From positions 512,001 to 576,000 of the forward strand of contig CAWAUV010000005.1 in assembly GCA_963785305.1 (NCBI GenBank): a DNA stretch of 64,000 bases, read 5' to 3'. The stretch is from an uncultured Planctomycetaceae bacterium. GTDB taxonomy: Bacteria; Planctomycetota; Planctomycetia; Pirellulales; PALSA-1355. Shown piece by piece: positions 1-9,561 of the stretch. The notes under the pieces are model-generated. The model was not told the origin of the DNA. It saw only the letters and a program-made list of their open reading frames with translations, and made no database searches. Positions within the stretch are counted from its first letter, which is position 1. Every line of letters starts with the position of its first letter. The translations under genes and the position numbers were made by a program.

Positions 1-79
1 CCGGTTGCGGCGCGGATGATCGCGCCGGCCGCGGGGCCGCCGGCCGCTGCTTGATCGGCGAGCTGCTCATTGTGCTCAT
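1..79 (-). CDS. possible 5' end of a gene running off the left edge (MSTMSSSPIKQ...)
   Basis: ATG at 79 preceded by an AAAGGA SD-like motif; frame open to the window edge. Confidence 0.3.
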   Translation of the reverse strand, partial: MSTMSSSPIKQRPAAPRPARSSAPQP

Positions 80-517
80 GTCCAAAAATCCTTTCTGCTC
101 GGCGAACGCGCCGGTCGGGTGAAAAATGCCGTGGTCCCATTACGATCGATCGCTGTCGGCGATTCGGATGCGGCTCCGAATTCGCCGATACGTTTAATTG
201 ATGGGGGCGTTTTTACCGAAGAAGCGCGGCGCGCTTCAAACAACTTTCCGAGCCACCACGAAGAATTCGTGGGCGCATTGAATCGCGGCCGAGCCTTCAA
301 AACCCGTTCGGAATGCGCGTGAATTCGCCGCGAAGAGAGCGCGCGGCATTAAAGCGCCCACCAGATCAGGTGAGCCGAGAGCGCGACATAATCGCGCGCG
401 ATGATCGCGCGATCGTCGTGACGCGAACCGGAAATGAATCTCCGGATTCAAGCGAAAGGCGGAGCCGAGTCATTGGTGTCGGCTAGATTCCGAAGCGGAT
501 TGCCGTGATCGCCGGCC

Positions 518-1627
518 TCAAACCGCTTCGCGCCGCGCATTCTGCTTCGAGCGGTCCCAGTGAGGGCCGCGCAGAATCGTGGGCGCCGCGACACCCAAGC
601 GACCGACCGGTCCGTCGACTTCGGTTTCCCAAGTATGGGTTTCAATGCTTTCGAGAATCTGATGCGCGACTTCCAAGGCCGCCAGCCCTTGCTCGCCCGG
701 CACCCGTAGCGATTCGGCGCCGTGGACCGCCGCGATAAAATTGGCCAGCTCGTCGCCGATCGCGTTGCGGGCTTCGATTTCGAGCGACTGCTGCGGCAGG
801 TGCTCGGTCATCAGATTGTCTTTGTGCCGGTTGCGTTCCTCCGGCGCCATGTGCTCGAAATCCATCGCGCGTTCCAGCACCGCGTCGCTGGGCGTCACCA
901 CCGTGGCGGCGCGGTTTGCCATGTCGACCGACACGAAATTCCGATCACCCCAGGCTTGCAACTGGCGGCGTGGCACATGGCTGATCCGCGAGGCGCTCAA
1001 GTTGGCGACGCAGCCATTGGCGAATTCGAGCCGCGCCTGGGCCACGTCCTCGTGGCGGCCGAGCACCGCCAGGCCGAGCGCCTCGACCCGGCTCACCGGC
1101 GATTCGACCAGTGACAGCGCGATATCGATATCGTGAATCATCAGATCGAGCACCACGCCCACGTCGACCGATCGGCAAGAGAACGACCCGGCCCGCACCG
1201 ATTCGAGATATCGCGGCGAATCCAAATGCGGCAGCGCCGCTACCAGCGCGGGATTGAATCGCTCGACATGGCCCACTTGCAGAAGCGCCTTGTGGCGACG
1301 CGCCAAGCTCACCAGCTCACGGGCTTCATGCACGGTGGCGGCCAATGGTTTCTCCACCAGCAGGTGCAAGCCGCGGCGAAGAAAGTCGCCGGCGATCGCG
1401 TGGTGCAGCGAGGTGGGCGCGGCGATCACGGCGGCGTCGACTCGATCGAAGAGCTTGGTGTAATCGGCCACGGCCACGGCGCCGCATTCGGCCGCCACCG
1501 CCTCGCGGGCCGCTTCCATCGGATCGGCCACGGCCACCAGAGTCGCTTGGGGCATCGCGGCCAGAAGCCGGGCGTGAATCCGGCCCAAGTGGCCGGCGCC
1601 GATCACTGCGATTCGAAGCGGGTTCAT
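518..1627 (-). CDS. Gfo/Idh/MocA oxidoreductase, GnnA-like UDP-GlcNAc 3-dehydrogenase
   Basis: Rossmann GAGHLG, EKP, GHVERFNP and DLMIHD motifs; start overlaps the lpxA stop. Confidence 0.85.
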   Translation of the reverse strand: MNPLRIAVIGAGHLGRIHARLLAAMPQATLVAVADPMEAAREAVAAECGAVAVADYTKLFDRVDAAVIAAPTSLHHAIAGDFLRRGLHLLVEKPLAATVHEARELVSLARRHKALLQVGHVERFNPALVAALPHLDSPRYLESVRAGSFSCRSVDVGVVLDLMIHDIDIALSLVESPVSRVEALGLAVLGRHEDVAQARLEFANGCVANLSASRISHVPRRQLQAWGDRNFVSVDMANRAATVVTPSDAVLERAMDFEHMAPEERNRHKDNLMTEHLPQQSLEIEARNAIGDELANFIAAVHGAESLRVPGEQGLAALEVAHQILESIETHTWETEVDGPVGRLGVAAPTILRGPHWDRSKQNARREAV

Positions 1628-2428
1628 GCGGCTCTCCTTCGCTCGCGGGCGCGGCCGTGTTTGCCTGCCTGCTGTTGAACAACAAATTCCAGCAACTCAC
1701 TCAAATGCGGCGTGAGCGGCTCGGCGCTCCGCAAAATCTCGCGGGCATGCTCCAGGCCGACCTTGGCGCGGTAGAGCAGCCGATGGGCCTCGGCCAGGGC
1801 GTTGATCGTTTCCGGCGTGAAGTTATTTCGCTTCAGCGCCACGACATTAATACATCGCGGCCGCGCCGGATTGCCCTCGGAGAGCATGAACGGCGGCACA
1901 TCGTGCAACACTCGACTCAACCCGCCCACGAAACTGTAACTGCCGATCGACGTGTAGTGATGCACCGCCACGGCGCCCGAGAGCGACGCATGGTCATGCA
2001 CATGCACATGCCCGCCGAGGAGCGTGCCATTGGCGATCACGATATGGCTTCCCAGCCGGCAATCATGCGCCACATGGGAATAGGCCATCAAGAAGTTGTG
2101 ATCGCCGATGCGCGTCACGCCGTCTTCTTTTTCCGTGCCGCGATTGATCGTCACGCCCTCGCGAATCAAATTGTGGTCGCCGATCTCGACCCGCGTGTCG
2201 CTGCCCCGATAGCTCAAATCCTGCGGCTCGCCGCCGATGACCACGCCCGGATAGATCGTGTTGTGCTCGCCGATGGTGACATGGCCGGTGATCGTGACAT
2301 GGTTGTGCAAACGGCAGCCGGCGCCGATGTGCGCGTGCGGGCCGATCACGGAGAACGGGCCGATATCCACGTCGTCGCCGATCTCGGCGCGGATGAATCG
2401 AAACATTCTCGGCGACAAAACCGGCCAT
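1624..2428 (-). CDS. lpxA: acyl-ACP--UDP-N-acetylglucosamine O-acyltransferase (N-terminal frameshift, likely sequencing indel)
   Basis: Hexapeptide repeats, IGGEPQDL, HVAHDC; MAGFVAENVSIHPR N-terminus lies in a neighbouring frame from ATG 2428. Confidence 0.93.
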
Positions 2429-2549
2429 GACGATCGCTCCGGAGGGATGTTGGGCTAGCGGGCGCGGGGCGGACATCGGTCGCGGGTCACGCCACGCCAG
2501 GGGGCTAATGCTTCCAGGCTGGGGAGGGTTCTGCTTTCTCGAGTCTCTT

Positions 2550-3425
2550 TCAAGCGATTCGCAACCACGGCTCCGAGGCTTGCTCCTCCTGGAGCACGGC
2601 TCGCGCCAGGTCGCCATTCAGGCGGTGTCCACTACGATGCGCGATCACATGGCCCACCAAATCGCAGCCGACCAGTCCCAGATCGCCGACCAGATCGAGT
2701 GCCTTGTGGCGCACGCATTCGTCGCGAAAGCGCAGTTCGTTCTCCACCGGTCCGTGCTTATCGAACACCACCACGTTCTGATACGTCGCCCGCTTGCCCA
2801 GCCCGCGGGCCGTCATCCATTCGGCTTCTTCTTGCAAGACGAATGTGCGGCACGAAGCCAGTTCGCGGCGAAACGATTCGGGCGTGATCGGCAGTTGCAA
2901 TGTTTGCCGGCCGATCGGATTGCCGGGGCCATAATCCAGGCGGAACTTGACACTGAGGCAGCCGGCCGTGGTCGGGCGAATCTCGACCCAGCTTTCCTCG
3001 CCGCCCAGCCGCAGCACATTGCGCACCACGAGCTGCGGTCGCCAAGCGTCTTGCTCCACGACGCCGGCCGTGTCGATCGCTTCGACAAACGGTTGACTCG
3101 AGCCATCGAAGCCCGGCATTTCCGGTTCATCGACCCACACTTCGCAATTGTCGATCCGCAGGCCCGAGAGCGCGGCCATCACATGTTCGATCATCTCGAC
3201 CGACACGCCGTCGACGCTGAGCGTCGTGCGGCGGGGGGTCTCGACCCGATTCGAGATCAGCGCCGGAATTCGGACTCGGTTCGGAGTATCGCGACGCACG
3301 AAAACAACGCCGGTGTCTGGCGCCGCGGGCCGAAACTCCAACCGAACATCGCGACCGCTCCAGAAGCCGAAGCCCTCGACCGCGGCCGCCTCGCTCAATG
3401 TGCGTTGTTTTCGTAGTGGATGCAT
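2550..3425 (-). CDS. lpxC: UDP-3-O-acyl-N-acetylglucosamine deacetylase
   Basis: KQRTL start, EHVMAAL and HKALDLVGDL zinc motifs, RSGH. Confidence 0.93.
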   Translation of the reverse strand: MHPLRKQRTLSEAAAVEGFGFWSGRDVRLEFRPAAPDTGVVFVRRDTPNRVRIPALISNRVETPRRTTLSVDGVSVEMIEHVMAALSGLRIDNCEVWVDEPEMPGFDGSSQPFVEAIDTAGVVEQDAWRPQLVVRNVLRLGGEESWVEIRPTTAGCLSVKFRLDYGPGNPIGRQTLQLPITPESFRRELASCRTFVLQEEAEWMTARGLGKRATYQNVVVFDKHGPVENELRFRDECVRHKALDLVGDLGLVGCDLVGHVIAHRSGHRLNGDLARAVLQEEQASEPWLRIA

Positions 3426-3555
3426 CAAACGTCGTGAATCAGGTTCGCGTGGACCGGGGCCGCGTCCCCATGCATGGACCGCGCTGCCCGGCAAAAGCAT
3501 TGCCAAGAACAAGGAGGGCCCCCGCCGGCCGAGCCGGATCCTCGCGGGAGCGACA

Positions 3556-4317
3556 TTAACGATAGGGTTGCGAACGCGGCGGGCCACCCGCGCCGGGGCC
3601 GCTCGCTCCGCCCGGATATCCACCCGGACCGACATTGCTCGGCGGGGCGCCGCGCGAGGGGCCACCCGGCGTGCCGGCGCCCGCGGCCACGTTGCGGCGA
3701 TTGAGCTCCTCGATGATCACTTGCGTGATATCGCTGCTGTGCTGATAAACCACCGGCTTGCTCAGCTCGCGAAACACCGACTCGCGATCCGTCGGATCGA
3801 CCGGATTGGAGCTGTAGCGAAGCACGAGCGTGATGCCGCGGCTTTCGGCGTAGTAGCGAATGGCTTCGTTGATTTCCTGATAGTTCTTATAATAGACCGA
3901 AGCTTCACGCTCCATCAGGTCGCGGGTTTGCAATTGCTTGCGCACCTGAAAATCGGCCTGCTTCTGGGCGATCACGGTTTCCTTGGCTCGAAACTCGGGT
4001 GAGTTCGGCTTGAGCTGCGAGGCCTTGAGGTCCTCGATCAGCTTGTTGATTTGCAGCCGATCCTTGTTGAGCTTGTCTTCGGCTTCCTTGACCTCGCGCT
4101 GCATGCCGTCCATCTGCTGCTTGAAGCCATTGAGATTCTTGAAAATGGTCTCGATGTCGACCACCGCCACGCTCGGCGGCGTGCCGTTCACGGCGCCGGG
4201 CCGCGCTCCGAAACCCGCGCCGCCGGGGGCGCCGGGATTCTGGGCCGCGAGATGGGCAACGGTCGTTCCGGTGAGAAGACATGCCACGACAGCCGCGGCC
4301 AGAAGAGATTTATTCAC
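3556..4317 (-). CDS. skp: OmpH/Skp family periplasmic chaperone
   Basis: Signal peptide after GTG 4317 with AAGGAG SD, VAVVDI motif, coiled coil, DITQVIIEELN; next to lpxC. Confidence 0.8.
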   Translation of the reverse strand: MNKSLLAAAVVACLLTGTTVAHLAAQNPGAPGGAGFGARPGAVNGTPPSVAVVDIETIFKNLNGFKQQMDGMQREVKEAEDKLNKDRLQINKLIEDLKASQLKPNSPEFRAKETVIAQKQADFQVRKQLQTRDLMEREASVYYKNYQEINEAIRYYAESRGITLVLRYSSNPVDPTDRESVFRELSKPVVYQHSSDITQVIIEELNRRNVAAGAGTPGGPSRGAPPSNVGPGGYPGGASGPGAGGPPRSQPYR

Positions 4318-4679
4318 GGTCAGCGCTCCTTGCTCTCGGTGGTGGTCTTCCATGACCAACGCACGGCGCCCGAGCCACGCGTCCGCGACGCGTCGCTCTC
4401 CAGGGCCGGTCGAGGGCGTATTCTGCCGAGAACGTCAGAATCGGTAAAGGCCAAAATTCGAATCGCGATCCTTCGATTTTCCCTGACTCGCCGCCCGCCC
4501 CAGGGCGCGGCGCTCGCTGGGCGCCGTGTGCCCGAGCCAGCCTCCTAGCATTGTTTCCGCCGGCGCCGCGCCGTAGCATAAATGCGGCGCGCGGCCTGGG
4601 CTTGTTTGGCCCTCGCGGCGCCGCGGTCCGAGGCGACAACACGCGCTCGGCTTGCGTCACACTCGGAGCAAGGTTGTTC

Positions 4680-5489
4680 ATGAACATCGGTTTCATCGGC
4701 GCCGGACAAATGGCCCGAGCCCTGGGCGCCGGATTTTTGCGAGCCGGCCTCACCACCGCCGACGCCCTCACCGCCAGCGATCCCTCGCCCGACGCGGCCG
4801 AGGCCTTTGCCCGCGCCGCCGGCGGCGCCCGGGTCGGGCCCTCGAACACGGCGGTGGCCGCGGCGGCCGATGTGCTGTTTTTGGCCGTGAAACCGCAGCA
4901 TATCCGCCCGGTGTTGGCCGAAATTCGCCCCGCAATCCGGCCGCGAACCCTCGTGGTCTCGATCGCCGCCGGGGTGCGGCTCGCGACTCTCGCCGCCGGG
5001 CTCGGCGCGGACGCGAGGCTCGTGAGAGTGATGCCCAACACCCCCTGCCTTGTCGGCCAGAGCGCCAGCGGTTATAGCATGGGCTCGTGCACAAGCCCCG
5101 AAGACCGCCAACGGGTCGAACGCTTGCTGACCTCGGTCGGCGTGGCCTTCATGGTCGAAGAGCGACTGCTCGACGCCGTGACCGGGCTTGCCGGTTCCGG
5201 GCCGGCGTTTGTGTATCTGGTGATCGAGGCATTGAGCGATGGCGGAGTGCGCATGGGCTTGCCGCGCGAAGTGGCCCTGGCCTTGGCCGCGCAAACGGTC
5301 CGCGGCGCCGCCGAAATGGTGATTCGCGAGGGCGAACATCCGGCGGTGCTGAAAGACCGGGTCACGAGCCCGGGCGGAACGACGATCGCCGGCCTGCAAG
5401 CGCTGGAAAGCGGCTCGCTCCGAGGAGTGTTGATGGCGGCCGTCGAAGCGGCGACTCGACGGGCCCAAGAACTGGGTGAAGCGAAGTAA
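4680..5489 (+). CDS. proC: pyrroline-5-carboxylate reductase
   Basis: GFIGAGQM, LAVKPQ, RVMPNTP, GSGPA and VTSPGGTT motifs. Confidence 0.95.
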   Translation: MNIGFIGAGQMARALGAGFLRAGLTTADALTASDPSPDAAEAFARAAGGARVGPSNTAVAAAADVLFLAVKPQHIRPVLAEIRPAIRPRTLVVSIAAGVRLATLAAGLGADARLVRVMPNTPCLVGQSASGYSMGSCTSPEDRQRVERLLTSVGVAFMVEERLLDAVTGLAGSGPAFVYLVIEALSDGGVRMGLPREVALALAAQTVRGAAEMVIREGEHPAVLKDRVTSPGGTTIAGLQALESGSLRGVLMAAVEAATRRAQELGEAK

Positions 5490-5529
5490 GCACGCGCCCG
5501 ATTAGCGAACAACGTAGGGAGTCGATTCG

Positions 5530-5769
5530 ATGTCGGTGTTCTGTGTCGTGGACGACAAACATATTCCGCTCTACCGCGTCATGTGGGTCGCGGCCACGCC
5601 GCATTTTTGCGGCGCCGACGACTGCGAGCGCGAAGGTCAGTATGAGATTCGTCTCGAACAGGGGGAAGCCGTGTGGGCCAATCAACGCGAGCGCGACGAC
5701 ATGCTCACGGCCCTGGAACAGTGGCAAGGCGGACTTGGCCCGCCGGAAGACGAGTGGGAAGGAGACTGA
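5530..5769 (+). CDS. small conserved-looking hypothetical protein
   Basis: 79 aa ORF with SD and host-like codon usage; HFCG...C motif. Confidence 0.7.
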   Translation: MSVFCVVDDKHIPLYRVMWVAATPHFCGADDCEREGQYEIRLEQGEAVWANQRERDDMLTALEQWQGGLGPPEDEWEGD

Positions 5770-5770
5770 C

Positions 5771-6277
5771 GTGTCTACATTCGAGCGGGGCGGCTATCAG
5801 TGGCGAGAGACGTATTTCGTGCTCTTCGATGAGGCGCGCCGCCCGAAACTCCAGCAGGTCGAGCGTTTGTTGCGCAAGCTCAATGCGCGCTTCGAGCTGA
5901 TCGACCCCGTGGCCGACGCCCAGGGCCGGCTCGAATCGCTCACGATCGTGTCGCCCGACGACTACGCCGCGCTCGACATCAGCTACCTGGCCGGCGAGGA
6001 AGTGCTCGAGCAGGGCGCCCAGTTGCAGAAAGACCTGAAACGCTCGCTGCTCGACGACGAAGATCGCGCAAAGCTGGCTCGCCTGCCCAAGCTTACCGCC
6101 AAGCTCGATCTCCTGCACTTCGAACGCGTCGCCGACGCCGCTCCGGTTCCGGACGACGACTCCGACGACGATCTCGACGAAATGCTCGACCCCAGCGCGC
6201 TCCTGCTGGTGATGGACGCGCTGGTCGAACTAACGCACGGCGTGGGCGTCGACCCCCAATCAGGGGCGCTCACCTGA
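5771..6277 (+). CDS. hypothetical protein
   Basis: GTG directly after the upstream stop; host-like codon usage; acidic C-terminus. Confidence 0.7.
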   Translation: MSTFERGGYQWRETYFVLFDEARRPKLQQVERLLRKLNARFELIDPVADAQGRLESLTIVSPDDYAALDISYLAGEEVLEQGAQLQKDLKRSLLDDEDRAKLARLPKLTAKLDLLHFERVADAAPVPDDDSDDDLDEMLDPSALLLVMDALVELTHGVGVDPQSGALT

Positions 6278-6312
6278 TTGCGGATGCGCTACTCGCGCTC
6301 CGCAGCCGCCAG

Positions 6313-6693
6313 TCAACCAACGGCCGCCAGCAAAATCAATGAGTCCTGACCCGTTTGGATTCGCACCAGTTTCTTGGCGCAGTCAACCCACTGTTCTAAC
6401 TCCGGTCGGCCGCATTTACGCTTTATAATTTTACAGATGCTTTGAAAATGAACCTGATCCTGATCGAGAGTAAATTGCCGAATTGTCGCCATAAGTGATC
6501 GGAACACATTGATATTGAGGCCGCTGAATAACTGCTCGTCGGTGGCAACTGGCTTTCCAACTTGCAAGTTGACCGACAGCCTCACTTGATCGACACCTTC
6601 AACACATTGCCTTAGCTCTTTAACCCTTTCCTGAAATAAACGCAGCCGAGTTAGGTCTTCTTCCGTTGGCTTGCGGACGAGATCGGTTGGCAT
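6313..6693 (-). CDS. hypothetical protein, possibly C-terminally truncated at the island edge
   Basis: 126 aa ORF in AT-richer DNA. Confidence 0.5.
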   Translation of the reverse strand: MPTDLVRKPTEEDLTRLRLFQERVKELRQCVEGVDQVRLSVNLQVGKPVATDEQLFSGLNINVFRSLMATIRQFTLDQDQVHFQSICKIIKRKCGRPELEQWVDCAKKLVRIQTGQDSLILLAAVG

Positions 6694-6865
6694 GGGTTCT
6701 GCCTTTTAGTAATCGGATGCGGGACAGTCGCATTAGCATAACGAATCGAATCGTTGTCGCAAGCCGGCTTTCGGCTCAACAACATTCCACGGTCTGACAT
6801 ATTACCTAGCGGAAGCCTTAACGACCTTGTTGTCGAAGGAGAAAGGATTCCGGTTGATGTGTGAC

Positions 6866-7719
6866 TCACTGCTTCTGCCAGTTGCACAACGCATCTTCCA
6901 CCGCAGCCGGCGAGATGCCTAGTCGTTCAGCAAGTTGGTCCGCCAGGTTTGACAAAACACCGACGGGCCGGTTGCCGCAGAGCTTGATCGCTCCGTGTCG
7001 TGGGCCGCTTGCACCCGCAGATAGCACGACGAAGGCTGGATCGAAATCAGCTTCAGGTCGTTTAGCAGTACGAGAAAATCAAATCGTCCCGTTCGGCCAA
7101 AATGCCAGATCGGTGAGAGCCGGCGATACAAATGATCGAACTGCCCATCGGAATCGGCTGACTCTGCCGGGCCAATGCTAACCAGGTCAAGTGGCCCCCC
7201 AAACTCTTGGGCGAGGGTTATAAAGGAATAGATAACCTTCCAAATAGCGGCCGGAGTGTTCGACTCATACTTGCGGTGGTTGCCAAACGCAAGCATTTTG
7301 AGATCGACGGAATGATCCACGAGCCAGCGACGAAAGGGAGGCGAATTGGCGCTAACGTGCTGCCATGTCCAGACAGGCGAAGACCCAAACCCGCAAAGCA
7401 AACGTAAAGCGCTGAAAAGCTGATTCGGCTTGGTGGGCTCTGCGGAGTCACGTCCGAAATGAGCGGCAAGAAAGGTCCGCCATACGGCTTCGTCGAGGTC
7501 GCCCGAATCACGAGCAATCTGGATCAGGCCAATAACATCGTCGCTGTTGCGATTTGTAGAGAGGATGCGGGGAGCGGATTTCCTGTGGCGAACACTGAAC
7601 GACAACCGTTCGATGAATTCGTCTTGTTCCATCAGGGAAACGGCAATGCCCTGGCTTAGAAGGACATGTCGAACCTTCTTCGAGAATGCGGCTTCAGTGA
7701 CTTTGCGAGTAGACAGCAT
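6866..7719 (-). CDS. alpha-glutamyl/putrescinyl thymine pyrophosphorylase clade 3 (aGPT-Pplase3)-like protein; frameshift near 7015
   Basis: DEAVWRTFLAAHFG, FGNHRKYES, FGRTGRFDFL; shifted frame gives GASGPRHGA...EDALCNWQKQ* ending at TGA 6866-6868. Confidence 0.8.
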
Positions 7720-7787
7720 TAGTCGCTTGCCGCAGATCGGTGGGCCGTTGTTTGAGCACGAAGCGGATTATCTCTTGATGCGCATAT

Positions 7788-8600
7788 CTACGGTGCATTG
7801 AAGAAGTCGATCAGTCCGTATAGTTTCTTGCAATATGGAATGAACATTTGGAGCAGGACGTAGACTTGTTCCCGCTCCATAATCTTGCCGGACGGATGCC
7901 CAGCGTCGTTGCGGAAGGTCCGAATTACGGACAGAATGCCATCGAATTGCACGTCGAGGTCTTCCTTGAGTTCTGGGGGTAGAGTGCCGAGGACGTGCTG
8001 CTGAACTGCCGCTCGAAACTTCCGAAACCTCTGAAGGGTCGTACGTTCCTTCAATACGTTCGAGAACTTTGCATTATAGGTGGAATTCTGCTCAGCCGCT
8101 TCGGCTAAAAGCAGGAATGAATGCTCCGAGGCTACGCCAAGCATTACCGTCGCCGATAAGAGGCACCCCGACCTGAACGCCTGCATTGCCTCTTGAAGAT
8201 AAAGGAGGGTTGTGGCATTGATGCTGGGGACGTTCGACCGGATCAGGGCCGTGTATGTGGAAACGTCATGGAAGAAGTACACAGTCTGGTTGTCAACGAT
8301 GCGCTTCCCCGCCTGCGAGAGTCGGAAGAATGGGAATTCTCGGTTGGAGCTATTCAGTCCAAGCGTGATGATGCCCTGACGGAACAAGTCCCAAAAGACT
8401 TCCAAGGTCAGGTCCGCATCCTTCGGAGTTGACTGTGACTGGTGATGGCGTCCGGGATGAGACTGTCCGCTTCGGCGGTCGAATACCTCGGCAACGCCAA
8501 GCAGAAGATGCTGGAACTGGTCCGCCACGTATGCCGTCTTTTCCCGACCCGCTATTATGTCGAGGACGACGCTTCGGATTTCTTCGTAACTGTGGTCCAT
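7788..8600 (-). CDS. hypothetical protein with C-terminal HEPN-like domain
   Basis: EAMQAFRSGCLLSATVMLG helix and RNDAGH (Rx4H) motif. Confidence 0.65.
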   Translation of the reverse strand: MDHSYEEIRSVVLDIIAGREKTAYVADQFQHLLLGVAEVFDRRSGQSHPGRHHQSQSTPKDADLTLEVFWDLFRQGIITLGLNSSNREFPFFRLSQAGKRIVDNQTVYFFHDVSTYTALIRSNVPSINATTLLYLQEAMQAFRSGCLLSATVMLGVASEHSFLLLAEAAEQNSTYNAKFSNVLKERTTLQRFRKFRAAVQQHVLGTLPPELKEDLDVQFDGILSVIRTFRNDAGHPSGKIMEREQVYVLLQMFIPYCKKLYGLIDFFNAP

Positions 8601-8700
8601 TGTTTGTCAGGTATCGGAGCCTGCGCTGAGTGGTGTGGGCGTGGCTGGCAAGTCGAGCATTATAGCGGATTGCCCCAGGCGCCTGCCTACATCCCCAACG

Positions 8701-8740
8701 AAAAAGCCCGCCAAGATTCGCAATGAACCTTAGCGGGCTT
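8701..8740 (-). terminator. intrinsic terminator
   Basis: AAGCCCGCTAAGGTTC/GAATCTTGGCGGGCTT stem (with G-U pairs) followed by a T-tract on the minus strand. Confidence 0.6.
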
Positions 8741-8762
8741 GGTGATTTCAGAAAGCGGCGTT

Positions 8763-9165
8763 CTACAGCTTTTCCTTGAACGACTTCAGCTTGCCGATCA
8801 ATTGCTCGGCGTGGAGCAAGCCACCGACTTTGGTGACGAACTCGAAGGCCGTGTCCAAAGCAGCGTGGGCGGCGTGCGGAGCGGCACCGTTCGTGGCGGC
8901 TTTCCAGCCAGGCTTGCGTCCGGGTTTGCCTTTGGGCTTTCCAGCCTTCTTCTTCATGTTCGCCCTGACGTTGTAGACCAGTGCCGGTGGCACCTTCAAC
9001 TCTTTGGCGATCTCGACGATCGGCTTTTCTGAACTGGCATTCAATGCTTCACGGATTTGGGCGGACTTGCTGGGCTTCTTGGTCTTGGTTGCAGCCGTCG
9101 CATCGGCGGGCTTTTCGGCGGTGGCTGTCGAGCCTTCATGAGTCTTCGTCTTACGGGACTTCTTG
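8763..9165 (-). pseudogene. small Lys-rich HTH/nucleoid-type DNA-binding protein, 5' end cut by IS3
   Basis: Frame open from the IS boundary: KKSRKTK...SKSAQIREAL...IVEIAKELKVPPALVYNVR...KPGRKPG. Confidence 0.6.
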
Positions 9166-9232
9166 TGAGGTGCTGACGATTTGACGGACAGGCGGACAAC
9201 TTAGAATGGGCGTTCAGGAGAGGAGAGCCTGG

Positions 9233-9556
9233 ATGAGCAAGAAGCGTATTCGTTCCGTCAAGCCTGCTTCGTCGCCGCCGGGGCCGCGGTCGCGGCGGGC
9301 GTTCGACGAGGGGTTCAAGAGTGAAGCGGTAGCAATGCTGCTGGATGGGCATTCGGCGGTCTCCGTGGCCGAGCGGCTCGGGCTGTCGAGCGTGAATTTG
9401 CTATATCGCTGGAAGCGAGAGCAACTCGACAAGGCCGGGCCGGCGGCGAGTTCGCTCGAGGCGCGCGTGCGGCAGCTCGAACAGGAGCTGCAGCGCGTCG
9501 AGCGCGAGCGTGACATCTTAAAAAAAGCGTTGGCCATTTTCGGCCGCAACGGATAA
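9233..9556 (+). CDS. IS3 transposase OrfA
   Basis: HTH (FKSEAV...VAERLG...LYRWK), leucine zipper, ILKKA with AAAAAAAG -1 slippery site at 9520-9527. Confidence 0.92.
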   Translation: MSKKRIRSVKPASSPPGPRSRRAFDEGFKSEAVAMLLDGHSAVSVAERLGLSSVNLLYRWKREQLDKAGPAASSLEARVRQLEQELQRVERERDILKKALAIFGRNG

Positions 9557-9561
9557 GCGAC

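Noticed and set aside
6694..6865. Integron attC site between island genes (GCATAAC)
   Set aside because: No complementary R box or attC hairpin found, and no integron integrase
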